From: Acidobacteriota bacterium
GTDB taxonomy: Bacteria; Acidobacteriota; JAAYUB01
Length of the DNA: 64,000 nucleotides
Assembly (NCBI GenBank): GCA_040768985.1
Contig: JAXGLX010000002.1
Location: 4,298,602 to 4,362,601 of the forward strand
Reading direction: 5' to 3'
Shown here: positions 11,787 through 23,321 of the stretch, piece after piece
How the letters are laid out: each line of letters begins with the position of its first letter
Numbering within the stretch: the stretch's first letter is position 1
The notes under the pieces: model-generated
Database searches by the model: none
What the model saw: only the letters and a program-made list of their open reading frames with translations
Told to the model about the DNA's origin: nothing
Made by a program: the position numbers and the translations under genes

Positions 11787-11972
11787 GTGGCACGGAAATG
11801 TCTGATTGTCAAATCGCAACGCAAGCCGAAATTTCAGGTGCGCACCCGGAACCGCTGCAAACGCTGTGGCCGTCCGCGGGCGTATTTTCGCAAATTTGAA
11901 CTCTGCCGGTTGTGCCTTCGCGACCTGGCGCTGGGCGGTGAAATCCCCGGCGTCATCAAGGCCAGCTGGTGA
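11787..11972 (+). CDS. rpsZ: 30S ribosomal protein S14, zinc-binding type Z
   Basis: 61 aa; CKRC...CRLC; [11 protein letters not shown]. Confidence 0.97.
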   Translation: MARKCLIVKSQRKPKFQVRTRNRCKRCGRPRAYFRKFELCRLCLRDLALGGEIPGVIKASW

Positions 11973-11994
11973 TCACTGATCCGGGAGTAATGCC

Positions 11995-12393
11995 ATGAGT
12001 GTGTCGGACCCCATTGCCAACGCCCTGACCAAGATCAGGAATGCGCTCCAGGCGAAGCATTTCGTCGTGGTTCTTCCCAAGTCGAAGATGGTCCTCCGTC
12101 TGGTGGAGATCCTCAAGCAGGAAGGGTATGTCGAGGATTTCATCACCAAGCGGCGCGGCAAGATGGAAGATATCCACATCGCCTTGAAATATGAAACCGA
12201 CGGCACGCCCGTCATCGACGAGATCCAGCGGGTGAGCACCCCCGGCCGCCGCGTCTACAAGGGCTCGGACGAACTGCCCGAAGTGCTCGGCGGACTCGGC
12301 GTGGCCATCGTGTCGACGTCCAAGGGGATCATGACCGCCACGGACGCCCGCAAACAGGGCGTGGGCGGCGAAGTGATCTGTACCGTATTCTGA
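11995..12393 (+). CDS. rpsH: 30S ribosomal protein S8
   Basis: [24 protein letters not shown]. Confidence 0.99.
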   Translation: MSVSDPIANALTKIRNALQAKHFVVVLPKSKMVLRLVEILKQEGYVEDFITKRRGKMEDIHIALKYETDGTPVIDEIQRVSTPGRRVYKGSDELPEVLGGLGVAIVSTSKGIMTATDARKQGVGGEVICTVF

Positions 12394-12416
12394 TTACGGA
12401 TGGAGTGGTTGTTACC

Positions 12417-12977
12417 ATGTCGAGAATCGGAAAGAAACCCATCAAGTTGCCGTCCGGCGTGTCCTTCAGCACCAAGGACGGCGTCATCGAGGTCAAGGGT
12501 CCCAAAGGCGTCCTGAAGCAGGCCTGCCCCGAAGGGATCTCCTGCGAGGTCAAGGACGGGTCGATCCATGTCGGCCGCCGCGATGACTCCAAACCGCAGC
12601 GCGCCCTTCACGGACTGATCCGCAGCCTTGTCAACAACATGGTCACCGGCACGTCCGCCGGTTTCCGCCGCGAATTGGAAGTGATCGGCATCGGATACAA
12701 GGCCGAGGTTCAGGGCCAAAAACTGGTGCTCACCCTCGGCTACTCGCACCTGATCGAGTACCCGATCCCCGCCGGAATCCAGATCAAGGCGGAGAAGGGC
12801 GCCAAGAAGCTGGCCAACTACGTGGCCACCATCACCGTCGAGGGCATTGACAAGCAGCAGGTCGGCCAGGTGGCCTCGGAGATCCGCGGCTTCCGCAAGC
12901 CCGACTCCTACAAGGGGAAGGGCATCCGGTACGCCGACGAGTCCATCAAGCTCAAGGAAAGCAAGAAGACAGCTTAA
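12417..12977 (+). CDS. rplF: 50S ribosomal protein L6
   Basis: [19 protein letters not shown]. Confidence 0.99.
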   Translation: MSRIGKKPIKLPSGVSFSTKDGVIEVKGPKGVLKQACPEGISCEVKDGSIHVGRRDDSKPQRALHGLIRSLVNNMVTGTSAGFRRELEVIGIGYKAEVQGQKLVLTLGYSHLIEYPIPAGIQIKAEKGAKKLANYVATITVEGIDKQQVGQVASEIRGFRKPDSYKGKGIRYADESIKLKESKKTA

Positions 12978-13001
12978 GAGAAATAACAAGCGGGTGACAG
13001 C

Positions 13002-13370
13002 ATGTTTAAAGTCAAATCGCGCATGGAACGCCATCTCAAGAAGCACATTCGGGTGCGGACCAAGGTCAGCGGCACTACCGACCGGCCCCGCCTGTGTGTC
13101 TTCCGGAGCCTGAAGCATATCTACGCCCAGGTTGTCGACGACTCGAACGGCCAGACCATCGTGTCGGCCTCCACCGTCGACAAGGAACTCCGCGGGGCGG
13201 TCGCCAAGGGCTGCAACATCGATGCCGCCAAGAAGGTGGGGCAGCTGGTCGCCCAGCGGGCCCTGGCCAAGGGCGTGGCCCAGGTCGTGTTCGACCGGGG
13301 CGGGTACATCTACCACGGCCGGGTGAAGAACCTGGCCGAAGCCGCCCGCGAGGCGGGGCTGAAATTCTAA
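13002..13370 (+). CDS. rplR: 50S ribosomal protein L18
   Basis: [22 protein letters not shown]. Confidence 0.99.
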   Translation: MFKVKSRMERHLKKHIRVRTKVSGTTDRPRLCVFRSLKHIYAQVVDDSNGQTIVSASTVDKELRGAVAKGCNIDAAKKVGQLVAQRALAKGVAQVVFDRGGYIYHGRVKNLAEAAREAGLKF

Positions 13371-13386
13371 CGTGGGGTGGAACGTC

Positions 13387-13899
13387 GTGGATATCAGAGA
13401 CAACCGATTCAAAACCGAAGAATCCGAGTTCATCGAGCGGGTGGTTTCCATCAACCGCGTGACCAAGGTCGTGAAGGGCGGCAAGAATCTCAGCTTCAGC
13501 GCCCTGGTCGTGGTCGGCGACGGCCGCGGCAGCGTGGGCTTCGGCAAGGGCAAGGCCAAGGAAGTTCCCCAGGCCATCCGCAAGGGGATCGAGCAGGCCA
13601 AGCGCAACATGGTCCAGGTCCCGATGAAGGGAACCTCCATCCCCCACGCCATCATGGGGCGGTTCGGATCGGCGATGGTGGTCCTGAAGCCGGCGGGCCC
13701 GGGCACCGGCGTCATCGCCGGCGGCGGGGTGCGGGCGGTCATGGAGGCCGCGGGCATTCACAACATCCTGACCAAGTCGCTGGGCACCAAGAATCCGCAC
13801 AACGTCATCCGCGCCGCGATCCAGGGCCTGAACAGCCTGAAGAAAGTGGAGCACGTGGCCCGCAAGCGCGGTAAGTCCGTCGAGGAGTTCATGTCATGA
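13387..13899 (+). CDS. rpsE: 30S ribosomal protein S5 (start codon uncertain)
   Basis: [18 protein letters not shown]. Confidence 0.98.
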   Translation: MDIRDNRFKTEESEFIERVVSINRVTKVVKGGKNLSFSALVVVGDGRGSVGFGKGKAKEVPQAIRKGIEQAKRNMVQVPMKGTSIPHAIMGRFGSAMVVLKPAGPGTGVIAGGGVRAVMEAAGIHNILTKSLGTKNPHNVIRAAIQGLNSLKKVEHVARKRGKSVEEFMS

Positions 13900-14105
13900 G
13901 CGCCCGAACCGCCAAGAAGGCCGAGGCCAAGAAGACCATCCGCATCCAGTACGTGCGCAGCATGATCGGCACCCCCGCGAAGCAGCGGCTGGTGCTCAAG
14001 GGACTGGGACTGCGCAAACTCAACCAGGTGGTCGAGCGGGAGGATACGCCCGCGGTCCGGGGGATGGTGGCCAAGATCCCCCACCTGGTCAAAATCATCG
14101 GTTGA
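13896..14105 (+). CDS. rpmD: 50S ribosomal protein L30
   Basis: [24 protein letters not shown]. Confidence 0.96.
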   Translation: MSARTAKKAEAKKTIRIQYVRSMIGTPAKQRLVLKGLGLRKLNQVVEREDTPAVRGMVAKIPHLVKIIG

Positions 14106-14115
14106 AGGTGAGATC

Positions 14116-14568
14116 ATGGGAATCGGCTTGCATAATCTGAAGCGAAACGCCGGCGCCAACCGGCCGAGCAAGCGGCGGGGCCAGGGCCCCGGGTCCGGCA
14201 ACGGCAAGACCGCCGGCCGCGGCAACAAGGGCCAGCGCTCGCGTTCCGGCTACTCGCACAAGATCGGCTTTGAGGGCGGCCAGATGCCCCTGTACCGCCG
14301 CCTGCCGAAGGTGGGCTTCACCAACATCTTCCGCAAGGAATACGCCATCATCAACCTGGCAGCGCTGAATCGCTTCGACGCCGGCACGGTGGTGACGCCG
14401 GAGCTGCTGGTCGAGGCGGGGCTGATCCAGAACCTGAAGCATGAGGTCAAGGTTCTGGGCAACGGCAAGATTCAGAAGAAACTCACCGTCCGGGCGCACA
14501 AATTCAGCCGCACCGCTGCCGAGGGCATCGCGACGGCCGGTGGCAAAGTCGAGGTCATCAATGGCTAA
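14116..14568 (+). CDS. rplO: 50S ribosomal protein L15
   Basis: [25 protein letters not shown]. Confidence 0.99.
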   Translation: MGIGLHNLKRNAGANRPSKRRGQGPGSGNGKTAGRGNKGQRSRSGYSHKIGFEGGQMPLYRRLPKVGFTNIFRKEYAIINLAALNRFDAGTVVTPELLVEAGLIQNLKHEVKVLGNGKIQKKLTVRAHKFSRTAAEGIATAGGKVEVING

Positions 14569-15961
14569 CGGCGAGACTCGCATTCTCGAGTCTTTCAAGA
14601 ACATCTTCGCCATCCCCGAGCTGCGGAACCGGATCCTGTTCATGCTGGCCATGCTGGCCGTCTATCGTGTCGGATCCTGGATCCCGACTCCCGGCGTCGA
14701 CACCACCGCCCTGCAGGAGTTCTTCTCCTCACAGGCCGGCGGTTCGCTGGTGGGTTTTCTGGACCTGTTCACCGGCGGCAACCTCGGGCGGTTCTCCATC
14801 TTCGCCCAAGGGATCATGCCCTACATCACCGCCTCGATCATCCTGCAGTTGCTCACCATCGTGTGGCCCTATCTGGAGCGGCTTTCCAAGGAAGGCGAGC
14901 TGGGCCGCAAGAAGATCACGCAGTACACCCGGTACCTCACCATCGTGCTGAGCGTCTTCCAATCGCTGGCCACCGCCTTCTTCCTGGAGCAGACCAGCAT
15001 CTCGGCGAACCAGCCCATCGTGCTGAACCCCGGGCTCGGCTTCAAGCTGCTGACCATCCTGACTCTGACCACGGGCACGGCGTTCATCATGTGGCTGGGC
15101 GAACAGATTTCCGAGCGCGGCATCGGCAACGGAATCTCGCTGATCATCTTCGCCGGCATCGTGGCCGGACTGCCCGACGGCGTCGGCTGGATGATCAAGA
15201 AGGTCGCCGACGGCTCCCTGATCCAGGTGCTGATCCTGACCGCGCTGATGGTGGTGATCATCGCGTTCGTCGTGTTCGTGGAGCGCGGCCAGCGCAAAAT
15301 CCCCATCCAGTACGCCAAGCGGATGGTGGGCCGGAAGGTGTACGGCGGTCAGAGCACGTTCCTGCCCCTGCGGGTGAACGCGGGCGGCGTCATCCCCATC
15401 ATCTTCGCCGCGTCGCTGCTGGCGCTGCCCCAGACGCTGAAGTTCATGGTCAAGGCCGCCTGGATGGAGAAGATCTCCGAGCAGCTCTCCCACGGCTATC
15501 CGCTCTACATCCTGTTCTACGCGCTGGGCATCATCTTCTTCACCTTCTTCTACGTGGGCATCATCTACAACCCGAACGAGGTGGCGGACAACATCCGCAA
15601 ATTCGGCGGGTCCATCCCCGGCATCCGGCCGGGCAAGCCCACCGCCGAGCTGATCGACAAGATCATGACCCGGATGACCTTCGCCGCCGGCGTCTACCTG
15701 GTGGTGGTCTCCCTGCTGCCCGACTTTCTCATCAGCGGGGTCCGGGTGGCGGCGTTCCCCTGGGTGGGTGACTGGCTGCACGACTCCCTGCCCGAGTTCA
15801 TCACTCAGGGGTTGGGCGTGACGTTCTACTTCGGCGGCACGTCGCTGCTGATCGTTGTCGGCGTGGCCATGGACACGGTCAACCAGATCGAGTCCCAGCT
15901 CATCATGCGCCACTACGACGGATTCCTGAAGCGCGGCCGGATCCGCGGCCGGCGAGGCTGA
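14561..15961 (+). CDS. secY: Preprotein translocase subunit SecY
   Basis: [42 protein letters not shown]. Confidence 0.99.
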   Translation: MANGETRILESFKNIFAIPELRNRILFMLAMLAVYRVGSWIPTPGVDTTALQEFFSSQAGGSLVGFLDLFTGGNLGRFSIFAQGIMPYITASIILQLLTIVWPYLERLSKEGELGRKKITQYTRYLTIVLSVFQSLATAFFLEQTSISANQPIVLNPGLGFKLLTILTLTTGTAFIMWLGEQISERGIGNGISLIIFAGIVAGLPDGVGWMIKKVADGSLIQVLILTALMVVIIAFVVFVERGQRKIPIQYAKRMVGRKVYGGQSTFLPLRVNAGGVIPIIFAASLLALPQTLKFMVKAAWMEKISEQLSHGYPLYILFYALGIIFFTFFYVGIIYNPNEVADNIRKFGGSIPGIRPGKPTAELIDKIMTRMTFAAGVYLVVVSLLPDFLISGVRVAAFPWVGDWLHDSLPEFITQGLGVTFYFGGTSLLIVVGVAMDTVNQIESQLIMRHYDGFLKRGRIRGRRG

Positions 15962-15962
15962 G

Positions 15963-16604
15963 ATGGCGCGGATGGTCATACTGCTCGGGGCCCCCGGTTC
16001 CGGAAAGGGCACCCAGGCGAAACGCATCGCCGATGCGTATGGCTATCCGCAGATTTCCACCGGAGACATCCTCCGGGACGCGGTGCGCCGCGACACCCCG
16101 CTGGGCCAGGCGGCCAGGGCGGCCATGGACCGGGGGGCGCTGGTGCCCGATGACGTGGTCATCGGCATCATCCGGGAGCGGATCCAGGAACCCGATTGCG
16201 CCGGGGGTTGCACCCTGGACGGATTCCCCCGGACGGTGGAGCAGGCCCGGGCGCTGGCCGGACTGGCCGGCGCGTTCCGGGAAACGGTTCTGTTCTTTGA
16301 CGTGTCCGACGAGCTGCTGGTTCGGCGCCTGACCGGCCGGCGGAACTGCGCGGCGTGCGGGGCGATCTACAACGTGTTCTTCACGCCGCCCGCGCAGGCG
16401 GGCCGCTGCGACCGGTGCGGCGGCGCCCTGGTCCAGCGGGACGACGACCGGGAGGACGTGGTGCGGAACCGTTTGGCGGTGTACCGGCAGCACACGGAAT
16501 CGCTGGTGGCGCATTACGCGGCGACGGGCAACCTGGTCCGACTGGATGGCGGCCTGGACATCGATCCGCTTTTTGAGCGAATCCGGCAGGAGCTGGCGGA
16601 GTGA
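15963..16604 (+). CDS. adk: Adenylate kinase with zinc-binding LID
   Basis: GAPGSGKGTQ, STGDILR, LDGFPRT; CAAC...CDRC. Confidence 0.97.
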   Translation: MARMVILLGAPGSGKGTQAKRIADAYGYPQISTGDILRDAVRRDTPLGQAARAAMDRGALVPDDVVIGIIRERIQEPDCAGGCTLDGFPRTVEQARALAGLAGAFRETVLFFDVSDELLVRRLTGRRNCAACGAIYNVFFTPPAQAGRCDRCGGALVQRDDDREDVVRNRLAVYRQHTESLVAHYAATGNLVRLDGGLDIDPLFERIRQELAE

Positions 16605-17350
16605 TGATCAAGTCGGTCGCCCAGATCGAGAAAGTCAGACGGGCCTGCCGGGTGGTGGCCGAGGTGCTGCAGCAGCTCCGCGAACAGGCCCGCCCCGGCG
16701 TGACCACCGGCGAGCTGGACGACCTGGCTGAGGCGTACATTCGCAAGCAGGGATGTCTCCCCGCGTTCAAGGGGTACCAGGGGTATCCCAAGACGCTCTG
16801 CACGTCGGTCAACGACCAGATCGTCCACGGCATCCCGTCCGGCTATGTGCTCAAGAGCGGCGATCTGCTGAGCGTGGATGTGGGCGCCGTGTACGAGGGC
16901 TTCTACGGCGACGGCGCGACCACCCTGCTGATGGGCGAGGTGTCCGATACACACCGCCTCCTGGCCGAGGTGACCGAACAGTCGCTGTACAAGGGCATCG
17001 CCGAGGCCCGGCCGGGCAACCGGCTCAGCGACATCTCCCACGCGGTGCAGAGTCACGTGGAGAAATTCGGCTTCGCGGTGGTGCGGGATTTCGTCGGGCA
17101 CGGCATCGGCTCCCAGCTCCACGAGGAGCCCCAGGTGCCCAATTTCGGACCGCCGGGCCAGGGGCCGGTGCTCAAGGCCGGCATGCTGCTGGCGCTGGAG
17201 CCGATGGTCAACGAGTTCACGCCCCACGTGCGCGTCCTGTCCGACCGGTGGACGGCGGTGACGGTGGACGGCGGCTACTCGGCCCATTTCGAGCACACGA
17301 TCCGGATCACCGACGACGGGCCGGAAATCCTGACTCGAATGGGTGAGTAA
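16604..17350 (+). CDS. map: Methionine aminopeptidase type I
   Basis: [27 protein letters not shown]. Confidence 0.98.
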   Translation: MIKSVAQIEKVRRACRVVAEVLQQLREQARPGVTTGELDDLAEAYIRKQGCLPAFKGYQGYPKTLCTSVNDQIVHGIPSGYVLKSGDLLSVDVGAVYEGFYGDGATTLLMGEVSDTHRLLAEVTEQSLYKGIAEARPGNRLSDISHAVQSHVEKFGFAVVRDFVGHGIGSQLHEEPQVPNFGPPGQGPVLKAGMLLALEPMVNEFTPHVRVLSDRWTAVTVDGGYSAHFEHTIRITDDGPEILTRMGE

Positions 17351-17363
17351 TTCAGAGGAGTTC

Positions 17364-17582
17364 ATGCCCAAAGAAGACGCGTTTGAACTGAATGGATCGA
17401 TCATTGAGACGTTGCCCAACGCCATGTTTCGGGTGGAGTTGGAAAACAAGCACGTGGTGCTGGCCCACGTGTCCGGCAAGATGCGGAAGAACTTCATCCG
17501 GATCCTGCCTGGCGACAAGGTTTTGGTGGAACTTTCGCCGTATGACCTGAGCCGCGGCCGGATCATTTACCGTTTCAAGTAA
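17364..17582 (+). CDS. infA: Translation initiation factor IF-1
   Basis: [20 protein letters not shown]. Confidence 0.99.
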   Translation: MPKEDAFELNGSIIETLPNAMFRVELENKHVVLAHVSGKMRKNFIRILPGDKVLVELSPYDLSRGRIIYRFK

Positions 17583-17599
17583 TTTTGGGAGAAATATCC

Positions 17600-17713
17600 A
17601 TGAAGGTGCGTGCGTCAGTCAAAAAAATTTGCCCGAAGTGCAAAATAATCAAGCGGAAGGGTGTCCTGCGGGTCATTTGTGAAAACAAGCGGCACAAGCA
17701 GAGACAAGGGTAA
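17600..17713 (+). CDS. rpmJ: 50S ribosomal protein L36 (not in ORF track)
   Basis: Manual translation [37 protein letters not shown]. Confidence 0.98.
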   Translation: MKVRASVKKICPKCKIIKRKGVLRVICENKRHKQRQG

Positions 17714-17738
17714 CATTTCGGAGTGATGGAGGTCGATC

Positions 17739-18095
17739 TTGGCTAGAATCGAAGGTGTCAACCTGCCGGACCAGAAGAATGTCTTCATCGGTCTGACCCA
17801 CATTTATGGGATCGGAAGGTCCCGTTCCATGGAGATCCTGGAACGCGCGGGCATCGATCATACTAAAAAAGTGAAGGATCTGAGCGCGGACGAGATCGCC
17901 CGGATCCGGGCCATCCTGCTCGAGGAGGGCGGCTACGAGGGCGACCTGCGCAAGGAAATGTCGATGAACATCAAGCGCCTGATGGACATCGGCTGCTATC
18001 GGGGCCTGCGCCACCGCAAGGGACTGCCGGTCCGCGGCCAGCGCACCCACACCAACGCCCGGACCCGCAAGGGCCCGCGGCGGAAGAAGAAGTAA
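17739..18095 (+). CDS. rpsM: 30S ribosomal protein S13 (TTG start)
   Basis: [23 protein letters not shown]. Confidence 0.99.
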   Translation: MARIEGVNLPDQKNVFIGLTHIYGIGRSRSMEILERAGIDHTKKVKDLSADEIARIRAILLEEGGYEGDLRKEMSMNIKRLMDIGCYRGLRHRKGLPVRGQRTHTNARTRKGPRRKKK

Positions 18096-18119
18096 TTGAA
18101 GGGACGACAGGAGTGAGAC

Positions 18120-18527
18120 ATGGCGAAGGAAACGAAAGCCCCCACCGGCAAGAAGACGCTCCGGAAGAAGGTGAAGAAGGTCGTCGCTCAGGGCGTGGCG
18201 CACATCAATTCCACGTTCAACAACACCATCGTGACGCTGACGGACCCCGTGGGTAACGCCGTCGCCACCGCGAGCGGCGGCTCCATCGGGTTCAAGGGCT
18301 CGCGCAAGGGAACGCCGTTCGCGGCCCAGCAGGCGGCGGAATCCGCGGCCAAGCTGGCGTACGACAACGGCATGCGGGAAGTCGATGTGGAAGTGAAGGG
18401 ACCCGGCCCCGGCCGCGAATCGGCGATCCGGGCGCTGAGTCTGGCGGGCCTGCGCATCCGCACGATCCGCGACGTGACGCCCATTCCCCATAACGGATGC
18501 CGGCCCAAGAAGCGCCGGAGAGTCTAA
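18120..18527 (+). CDS. rpsK: 30S ribosomal protein S11
   Basis: [29 protein letters not shown]. Confidence 0.99.
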   Translation: MAKETKAPTGKKTLRKKVKKVVAQGVAHINSTFNNTIVTLTDPVGNAVATASGGSIGFKGSRKGTPFAAQQAAESAAKLAYDNGMREVDVEVKGPGPGRESAIRALSLAGLRIRTIRDVTPIPHNGCRPKKRRRV

Positions 18528-18551
18528 CCATCTTTGTGAAGGAGATCAGCC

Positions 18552-19181
18552 GTGGCCAGATATAAAGAATCCGTATGCAGGCTGTGCCGCCGAGAAGGCA
18601 CCAAGCTATTCCTCAAGGGAGACCGCTGCTTCAAGGACACGTGCGCCGTCGCCCGCCGGCCCTATCCGCCCGGCGAGCATGGCCGGACCCGCAAGCAGAA
18701 GATCGTGGGCTACGGCCTGCAGCTCCGCGAGAAGCAGAAGGTGAAGCGGATCTACGGCGTGCTGGAGGCCCAGTTCCGCCGCTATTTTCAGGAGGCCGAG
18801 CGGCAGAAAGGGGTCACCGGCGAGGTGCTCCTCACCCTGCTGGAGCGGCGGCTCGACAACGTGGTCTACCGGTGCGGCTTCGCCGCGTCGCGGGCTCAGG
18901 GCCGCCAGTTCGTGCGCCACGGGCTCGTCCAGGTCAACGGCAAGCGCGTGAGCATCCCCTCCTTCCAGGTCAAGAAGGACGATGTCATCGGCGTGGCGGA
19001 GGGGTTCCGGAAAAACGCCTTCCTGTTCAATAATCTCGAGGCGGCTTTGAGCCGGGGCGTGCCGTCCTGGCTGTCCGTGAACAAGGACAACGTCCAGGTC
19101 ACGGTGTTGGAACTGCCCAAGCGGGAGAACGTCGACCTGGAGATCAACGAGCAGCTCATCGTCGAGCTGTACTCCAAATAA
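18552..19181 (+). CDS. rpsD: 30S ribosomal protein S4
   Basis: [33 protein letters not shown]. Confidence 0.99.
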   Translation: MARYKESVCRLCRREGTKLFLKGDRCFKDTCAVARRPYPPGEHGRTRKQKIVGYGLQLREKQKVKRIYGVLEAQFRRYFQEAERQKGVTGEVLLTLLERRLDNVVYRCGFAASRAQGRQFVRHGLVQVNGKRVSIPSFQVKKDDVIGVAEGFRKNAFLFNNLEAALSRGVPSWLSVNKDNVQVTVLELPKRENVDLEINEQLIVELYSK

Positions 19182-19198
19182 CCGGGAGGGCCTGATTC

Positions 19199-20191
19199 AT
19201 GACCATACCGAAACTGCAACGGCCGAAACGGCTGATGCATGATGTGGAGACCGCCACCGCCACATACACCAAGTTCCACGCCCAACCGTTCGAACGGGGC
19301 TTTGGAACCACCATCGGCCACTCCCTGCGCCGGATCCTGATGTCCTCGATCCCGGGCGCGGCCATCACCGCCGTGAAGATCGACGGCGTGCTGCACGAGT
19401 TTTCCTCGATGCGGGGGGTACTGGAGGACGTGACCGACATCATTCTGAACCTGAAGCAGGTTCCCATCCTGATGCATACCCAGAACGTGAAGACGGTCTA
19501 CGTCGACGTGGAGGGGCCCGCCGAGGTCACTTCCGCCGACATCAAGACCGACCCCGAGGTGGTCATCCTGGATCCCGGCGTCCACATCGCCACGCTGGGC
19601 GTGGGCGGTCGGCTCCGGATGGATCTGCGCGTCAAGATGGGCCGGGGCTACGTTCCCGCGGAGGCCAATTTCGAAGAGGAGCTGGAAATCGGCTACATCC
19701 CCCTCGACTCGGTCCACTCCCCGATCAATAAGGTGAACTACCAGGTGGAAGCGGCCCGCCTCGGGCAGGCGACCGACTATGACAAGCTGATTCTGGAAGT
19801 GTGGACCAACGGGGCCGTCACGCCCGCGGACGCCGTCGGCCAGGCCGCCAAGATCCTCAAGGACCAGTTGATGCTCTTCATCAATTTCGAGGAGGAGCCG
19901 GAGGAGACCGAAATCGAGGTCACCGAAGAGGAGAACGTCCTCAACGAATACCTGCAGAAGTCCGTCGAGGAGCTCGAGCTGTCGGTGCGGGCCCAGAATT
20001 GCCTGCGCAACGCCGAGATCAAGTCCATCTCCGACCTGGTCCAGAAGACGGAGGCCGAGATGCTCAAGACGAAGAACTTCGGCCGGAAATCGCTCAACGA
20101 GATCAAGGAAGTGCTGACCGAGATGGGCCTCGCCCTCGGCATGGCCCTGGACAAGAGCGGACGAATCGTCCGGAAACCGCTGGATAAATGA
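19199..20191 (+). CDS. rpoA: RNA polymerase subunit alpha
   Basis: [13 protein letters not shown], alpha-[12 protein letters not shown] and [10 protein letters not shown]. Confidence 0.99.
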   Translation: MTIPKLQRPKRLMHDVETATATYTKFHAQPFERGFGTTIGHSLRRILMSSIPGAAITAVKIDGVLHEFSSMRGVLEDVTDIILNLKQVPILMHTQNVKTVYVDVEGPAEVTSADIKTDPEVVILDPGVHIATLGVGGRLRMDLRVKMGRGYVPAEANFEEELEIGYIPLDSVHSPINKVNYQVEAARLGQATDYDKLILEVWTNGAVTPADAVGQAAKILKDQLMLFINFEEEPEETEIEVTEEENVLNEYLQKSVEELELSVRAQNCLRNAEIKSISDLVQKTEAEMLKTKNFGRKSLNEIKEVLTEMGLALGMALDKSGRIVRKPLDK

Positions 20192-20211
20192 AGTCGTGAA
20201 GGAGTTGCACC

Positions 20212-20739
20212 ATGCGTCATCGTAAAGAAGGCCGCAAACTGGGCAGGACCTCGTCGCACCGCCGGGCCCTCCTGCGCAATCTGGCCACGGATTTTTTCCA
20301 GCGGGAGCGGATCATCACCACCCTGCCCAAGGCCAAAGAACTGCGCCCGGTGGTGGAGAAGCTGATCACCGAGGGGAAGCGGGGTACGCTGCACGACCGG
20401 CGGAAGATCCTCGCCTACATCCAGACCAAGGATGTCGCCCACAAACTCTTCGAGGAGATCGCCCCGCGCTTCGCGGACCGGAACGGCGGCTACACCCGCA
20501 TCATCAAGCTGGGGTACCGCGCCGGCGACAAAGCCGAGATCGCCCTGATCGAGCTGCTGGGCAGCGAATTCGCCGCGGCCGACAAGAAACCCGCCAAGGT
20601 CAAGGGTCGGGCCAAGAAGGCCGCCGAGCCGGCCGAAACGAAGGAACCGAAGAAGGCCAAGGCCAAGGAGCCCAAAGAAGCCAAGCCCAAAACCCCCCGC
20701 GCCAAGAAGCCGAAGGCGGAGGAAACGCCCGAGTCCTGA
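20212..20739 (+). CDS. rplQ: 50S ribosomal protein L17 with Lys/Ala/Pro/Glu-rich C-terminal tail
   Basis: MRHRK...[17 protein letters not shown]. Confidence 0.98.
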   Translation: MRHRKEGRKLGRTSSHRRALLRNLATDFFQRERIITTLPKAKELRPVVEKLITEGKRGTLHDRRKILAYIQTKDVAHKLFEEIAPRFADRNGGYTRIIKLGYRAGDKAEIALIELLGSEFAAADKKPAKVKGRAKKAAEPAETKEPKKAKAKEPKEAKPKTPRAKKPKAEETPES

Positions 20740-20768
20740 TCCTCGCCCGAACGACGGATGCGATTCAC

Positions 20769-20794
20769 AAGCCAAGGTGATCCTTGGCTTTTTT
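20769..20794 (+). terminator. Intrinsic terminator of the ribosomal operon
   Basis: aagccaagg-tgat-ccttggctt followed by a T-tract. Confidence 0.85.
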
Positions 20795-20842
20795 ATTTGG
20801 AGAAGGTAAGATAGATGGCGGTGGAGGGCGCGAGGCGAAGCC

Positions 20843-21271
20843 ATGAAGATCAAACCGTTTGACGATTTCGAGGATCTGTTTCACCTCCAGAACCGGATGC
20901 AGCGGCTGATCCGGGATAAACGGGACTGCTTCCCGGCCGATGCGATGGTCTGGACCCCCTTGAGCGACATCTTCGAAACCGAGAACAAGTTCATCATTCT
21001 GCTCGAGGTCCCCGGCGTCCGGCGGGAGGAGATCGAACTGGTCGTGGAGGCGGACGCCATCAAGATCAAGGGCTTCAAGAAACCGTATCCGGAGGCCGCC
21101 CAGGAACACTTCCACCAGTTGGGCCGGGAGTTCGGCGAGTGCTACCGGGTGTTCCGCTTCGAGACTCCCATCCGGACCGACAGCGTGAACGCCAGCATCC
21201 GCGACGGCGTGCTGACCATTGAGGTGGGCAAGCAACACAATCGGGTGGCCGTCCCGGTGGACGGCGACTGA
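20843..21271 (+). CDS. Hsp20/alpha-crystallin small heat shock protein
   Basis: [28 protein letters not shown]. Confidence 0.85.
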   Translation: MKIKPFDDFEDLFHLQNRMQRLIRDKRDCFPADAMVWTPLSDIFETENKFIILLEVPGVRREEIELVVEADAIKIKGFKKPYPEAAQEHFHQLGREFGECYRVFRFETPIRTDSVNASIRDGVLTIEVGKQHNRVAVPVDGD

Positions 21272-21299
21272 GCGCCAATCCAGAGAACAGGGAGCGGTC

Positions 21300-22055
21300 A
21301 TGGGTTACAGAGCGTTGGTTACGGTGTTCGGCATCGTCCTGGCGGGTCTGGCCGTCGGCCAGGGCGCCCCGAGCGGCCGGACGGTGGTGGAAGAAGGCCG
21401 CCTGATCATCTATTTCCGAAACATCGAAGCCGGCTTCGAACAGTACGTCCTGTCCCGCCAGCCGGACGGCAAGATGGTGATGGAAACCGAGAGCCAGCTC
21501 GTGCTCCCGCGGGGGGCCGGCAACACCTTCTTCTCGTACCAGACGAAAGAAGTCATGGACGACAAGTTCAATCCCATCGAGTACACCGACAATTTTACGG
21601 TCAACGACCGGCCGAGCAACGTGTACGTCACCTTCTCCGGGGGCAAGGCCCAGGACAGCGCCCTCATGGGCGGGCAGGCATTGAGCCGGACAGCCAAAGT
21701 GAGCGCCAACTTCCGGATTCTCGAGGAAGCGGTGTTCAGCCAGTACGGGCTGATCCTCCGCAAGTACGGCCACTCCCGGGAGCCGAACGTGCCCATCCGC
21801 CTGTACATCCCCAAGATCGCCCAGGAACTCGGCGGGAAACTGAGCTTTTCCGGCGAGCAGAAGGTGCCCACGCCGCTCGGCGAGATGACCCTGCGTCGCT
21901 TCTTCATCGACGTGGGCGGATTCCAGGGCGTGGCCATCGGGGTGAACGACCGCAACCAGGTGATGGAGATGACCATCACGCGCCAGGAGCTCACCCTGGT
22001 CCGCGACCTCGCCTACGACATGAAGCAGGCGCTGCCGGCCGCCCCCGCCCAGTGA
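21300..22055 (+). CDS. Exported hypothetical protein (predicted beta-rich)
   Basis: Signal-peptide-like N-terminus, GGAG RBS, host-like codon usage. Confidence 0.6.
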   Translation: MGYRALVTVFGIVLAGLAVGQGAPSGRTVVEEGRLIIYFRNIEAGFEQYVLSRQPDGKMVMETESQLVLPRGAGNTFFSYQTKEVMDDKFNPIEYTDNFTVNDRPSNVYVTFSGGKAQDSALMGGQALSRTAKVSANFRILEEAVFSQYGLILRKYGHSREPNVPIRLYIPKIAQELGGKLSFSGEQKVPTPLGEMTLRRFFIDVGGFQGVAIGVNDRNQVMEMTITRQELTLVRDLAYDMKQALPAAPAQ

Positions 22056-22077
22056 CGCGCCGCCGGCCGGATCACCC

Positions 22078-23166
22078 ATGAAGTACATCCAGGAATTCCG
22101 CGGCCGGGAGGAGGCCCGCCGGCTGGCGGACAGGATCCGCGGACTCCGCCTGGATCGTCGGATGACGCTGATGGAGGTGTGCGGCTCCCACACCATGGCC
22201 ATCCACCGCTTCGGGATCCGCGACCTGCTGCCCGAAGCGGTGAACCTGATCTCCGGCCCGGGGTGCCCGGTCTGCGTGACGGAGATGGCCTACATCGACC
22301 GGGCCATCGCCATCGGCCGCCTTCCGGGGGTGGTGCTCACCACCTTCGGCGACATGATGAAGGTGCCCGGCGCCCGCACCACGCTCAGCCACGAGCGGGC
22401 GGACGGGCGGGACATCCGGGTCGTGTACTCGACCCTCGACGCGCTTGAGGTGGCCCGCCGCCAGCCCGGCAGCCAGGTGGTCTTTCTGGGCGTGGGATTC
22501 GAAACCACCGCCCCCACCGTTGCGGCGGCCGTGCAGCAGGCCCGGCGGGAGCGACTGGGCAACTTCTCCTTGCTCGTGGCCCACAAGCTCATTCCGCCGG
22601 CCATGGACGCGCTGGCCCGTGACCCGGCGGTGGGCGTCCACGGATACCTGTGTCCCGCCCACGTCAGCGCCGTCATCGGCGCGCGGGCCTACGAGTTTCT
22701 GCCGCAGCGCTACGGCGTCGCCTGCGCCGTGGTGGGCTTCGAGCCGCTGGACATCCTGGAGGGCATCCGGCTGCTGGCGGAGCAGATCATCCGCGGCGAG
22801 CCGAGGGTGGACAACGAGTATGCCCGCGTGGTCCGGCCGGACGGCAACCCGGCCGCCCGGCGCCTGCTGGCGGAGACGTTCCAGCCGTGCGACGACCGCT
22901 GGCGGGGGATCGGCCGGTTGCCGGGGAGCGGGCTGGAGCTGCGGGACGAGTTCCGGGAATTCGACGCCGCCGCGCGCTTTCCGGTCCGGCTCGAACCGTC
23001 CGAGGAGCCGGCCGGCTGCCGGTGCGGCGACGTGCTCAAGGGCATCTGCCAGCCGGCGGACTGCCCGCTGTTCGGGACGGCCTGCGTGCCGGAGCAGCCC
23101 ATCGGCGCCTGCATGGTGTCGTCGGAAGGCACCTGTGCCGCCTGGTATAAATACCGGCGGGAATAA
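22078..23166 (+). CDS. hypD: Hydrogenase maturation protein HypD
   Basis: MEVCGSH, SGPGCPVCVT, GFETTAP, GFEP, GACMVSSEGTC. Confidence 0.96.
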   Translation: MKYIQEFRGREEARRLADRIRGLRLDRRMTLMEVCGSHTMAIHRFGIRDLLPEAVNLISGPGCPVCVTEMAYIDRAIAIGRLPGVVLTTFGDMMKVPGARTTLSHERADGRDIRVVYSTLDALEVARRQPGSQVVFLGVGFETTAPTVAAAVQQARRERLGNFSLLVAHKLIPPAMDALARDPAVGVHGYLCPAHVSAVIGARAYEFLPQRYGVACAVVGFEPLDILEGIRLLAEQIIRGEPRVDNEYARVVRPDGNPAARRLLAETFQPCDDRWRGIGRLPGSGLELRDEFREFDAAARFPVRLEPSEEPAGCRCGDVLKGICQPADCPLFGTACVPEQPIGACMVSSEGTCAAWYKYRRE

Positions 23167-23321
23167 GCTGCCGTCCGCCGGACGGGCGCGCGCGGCCGAT
23201 GAATTTTGTTGTGAAAGCCGGTCGAACCATCTATAATGAGATCCCGTGTTCAAGGATGCTGCAGGTGGAACCAGTCCGGGCCACAACCAAGAGAGATCAT
23301 CAGTCAGCTTTGGGAGGCATA

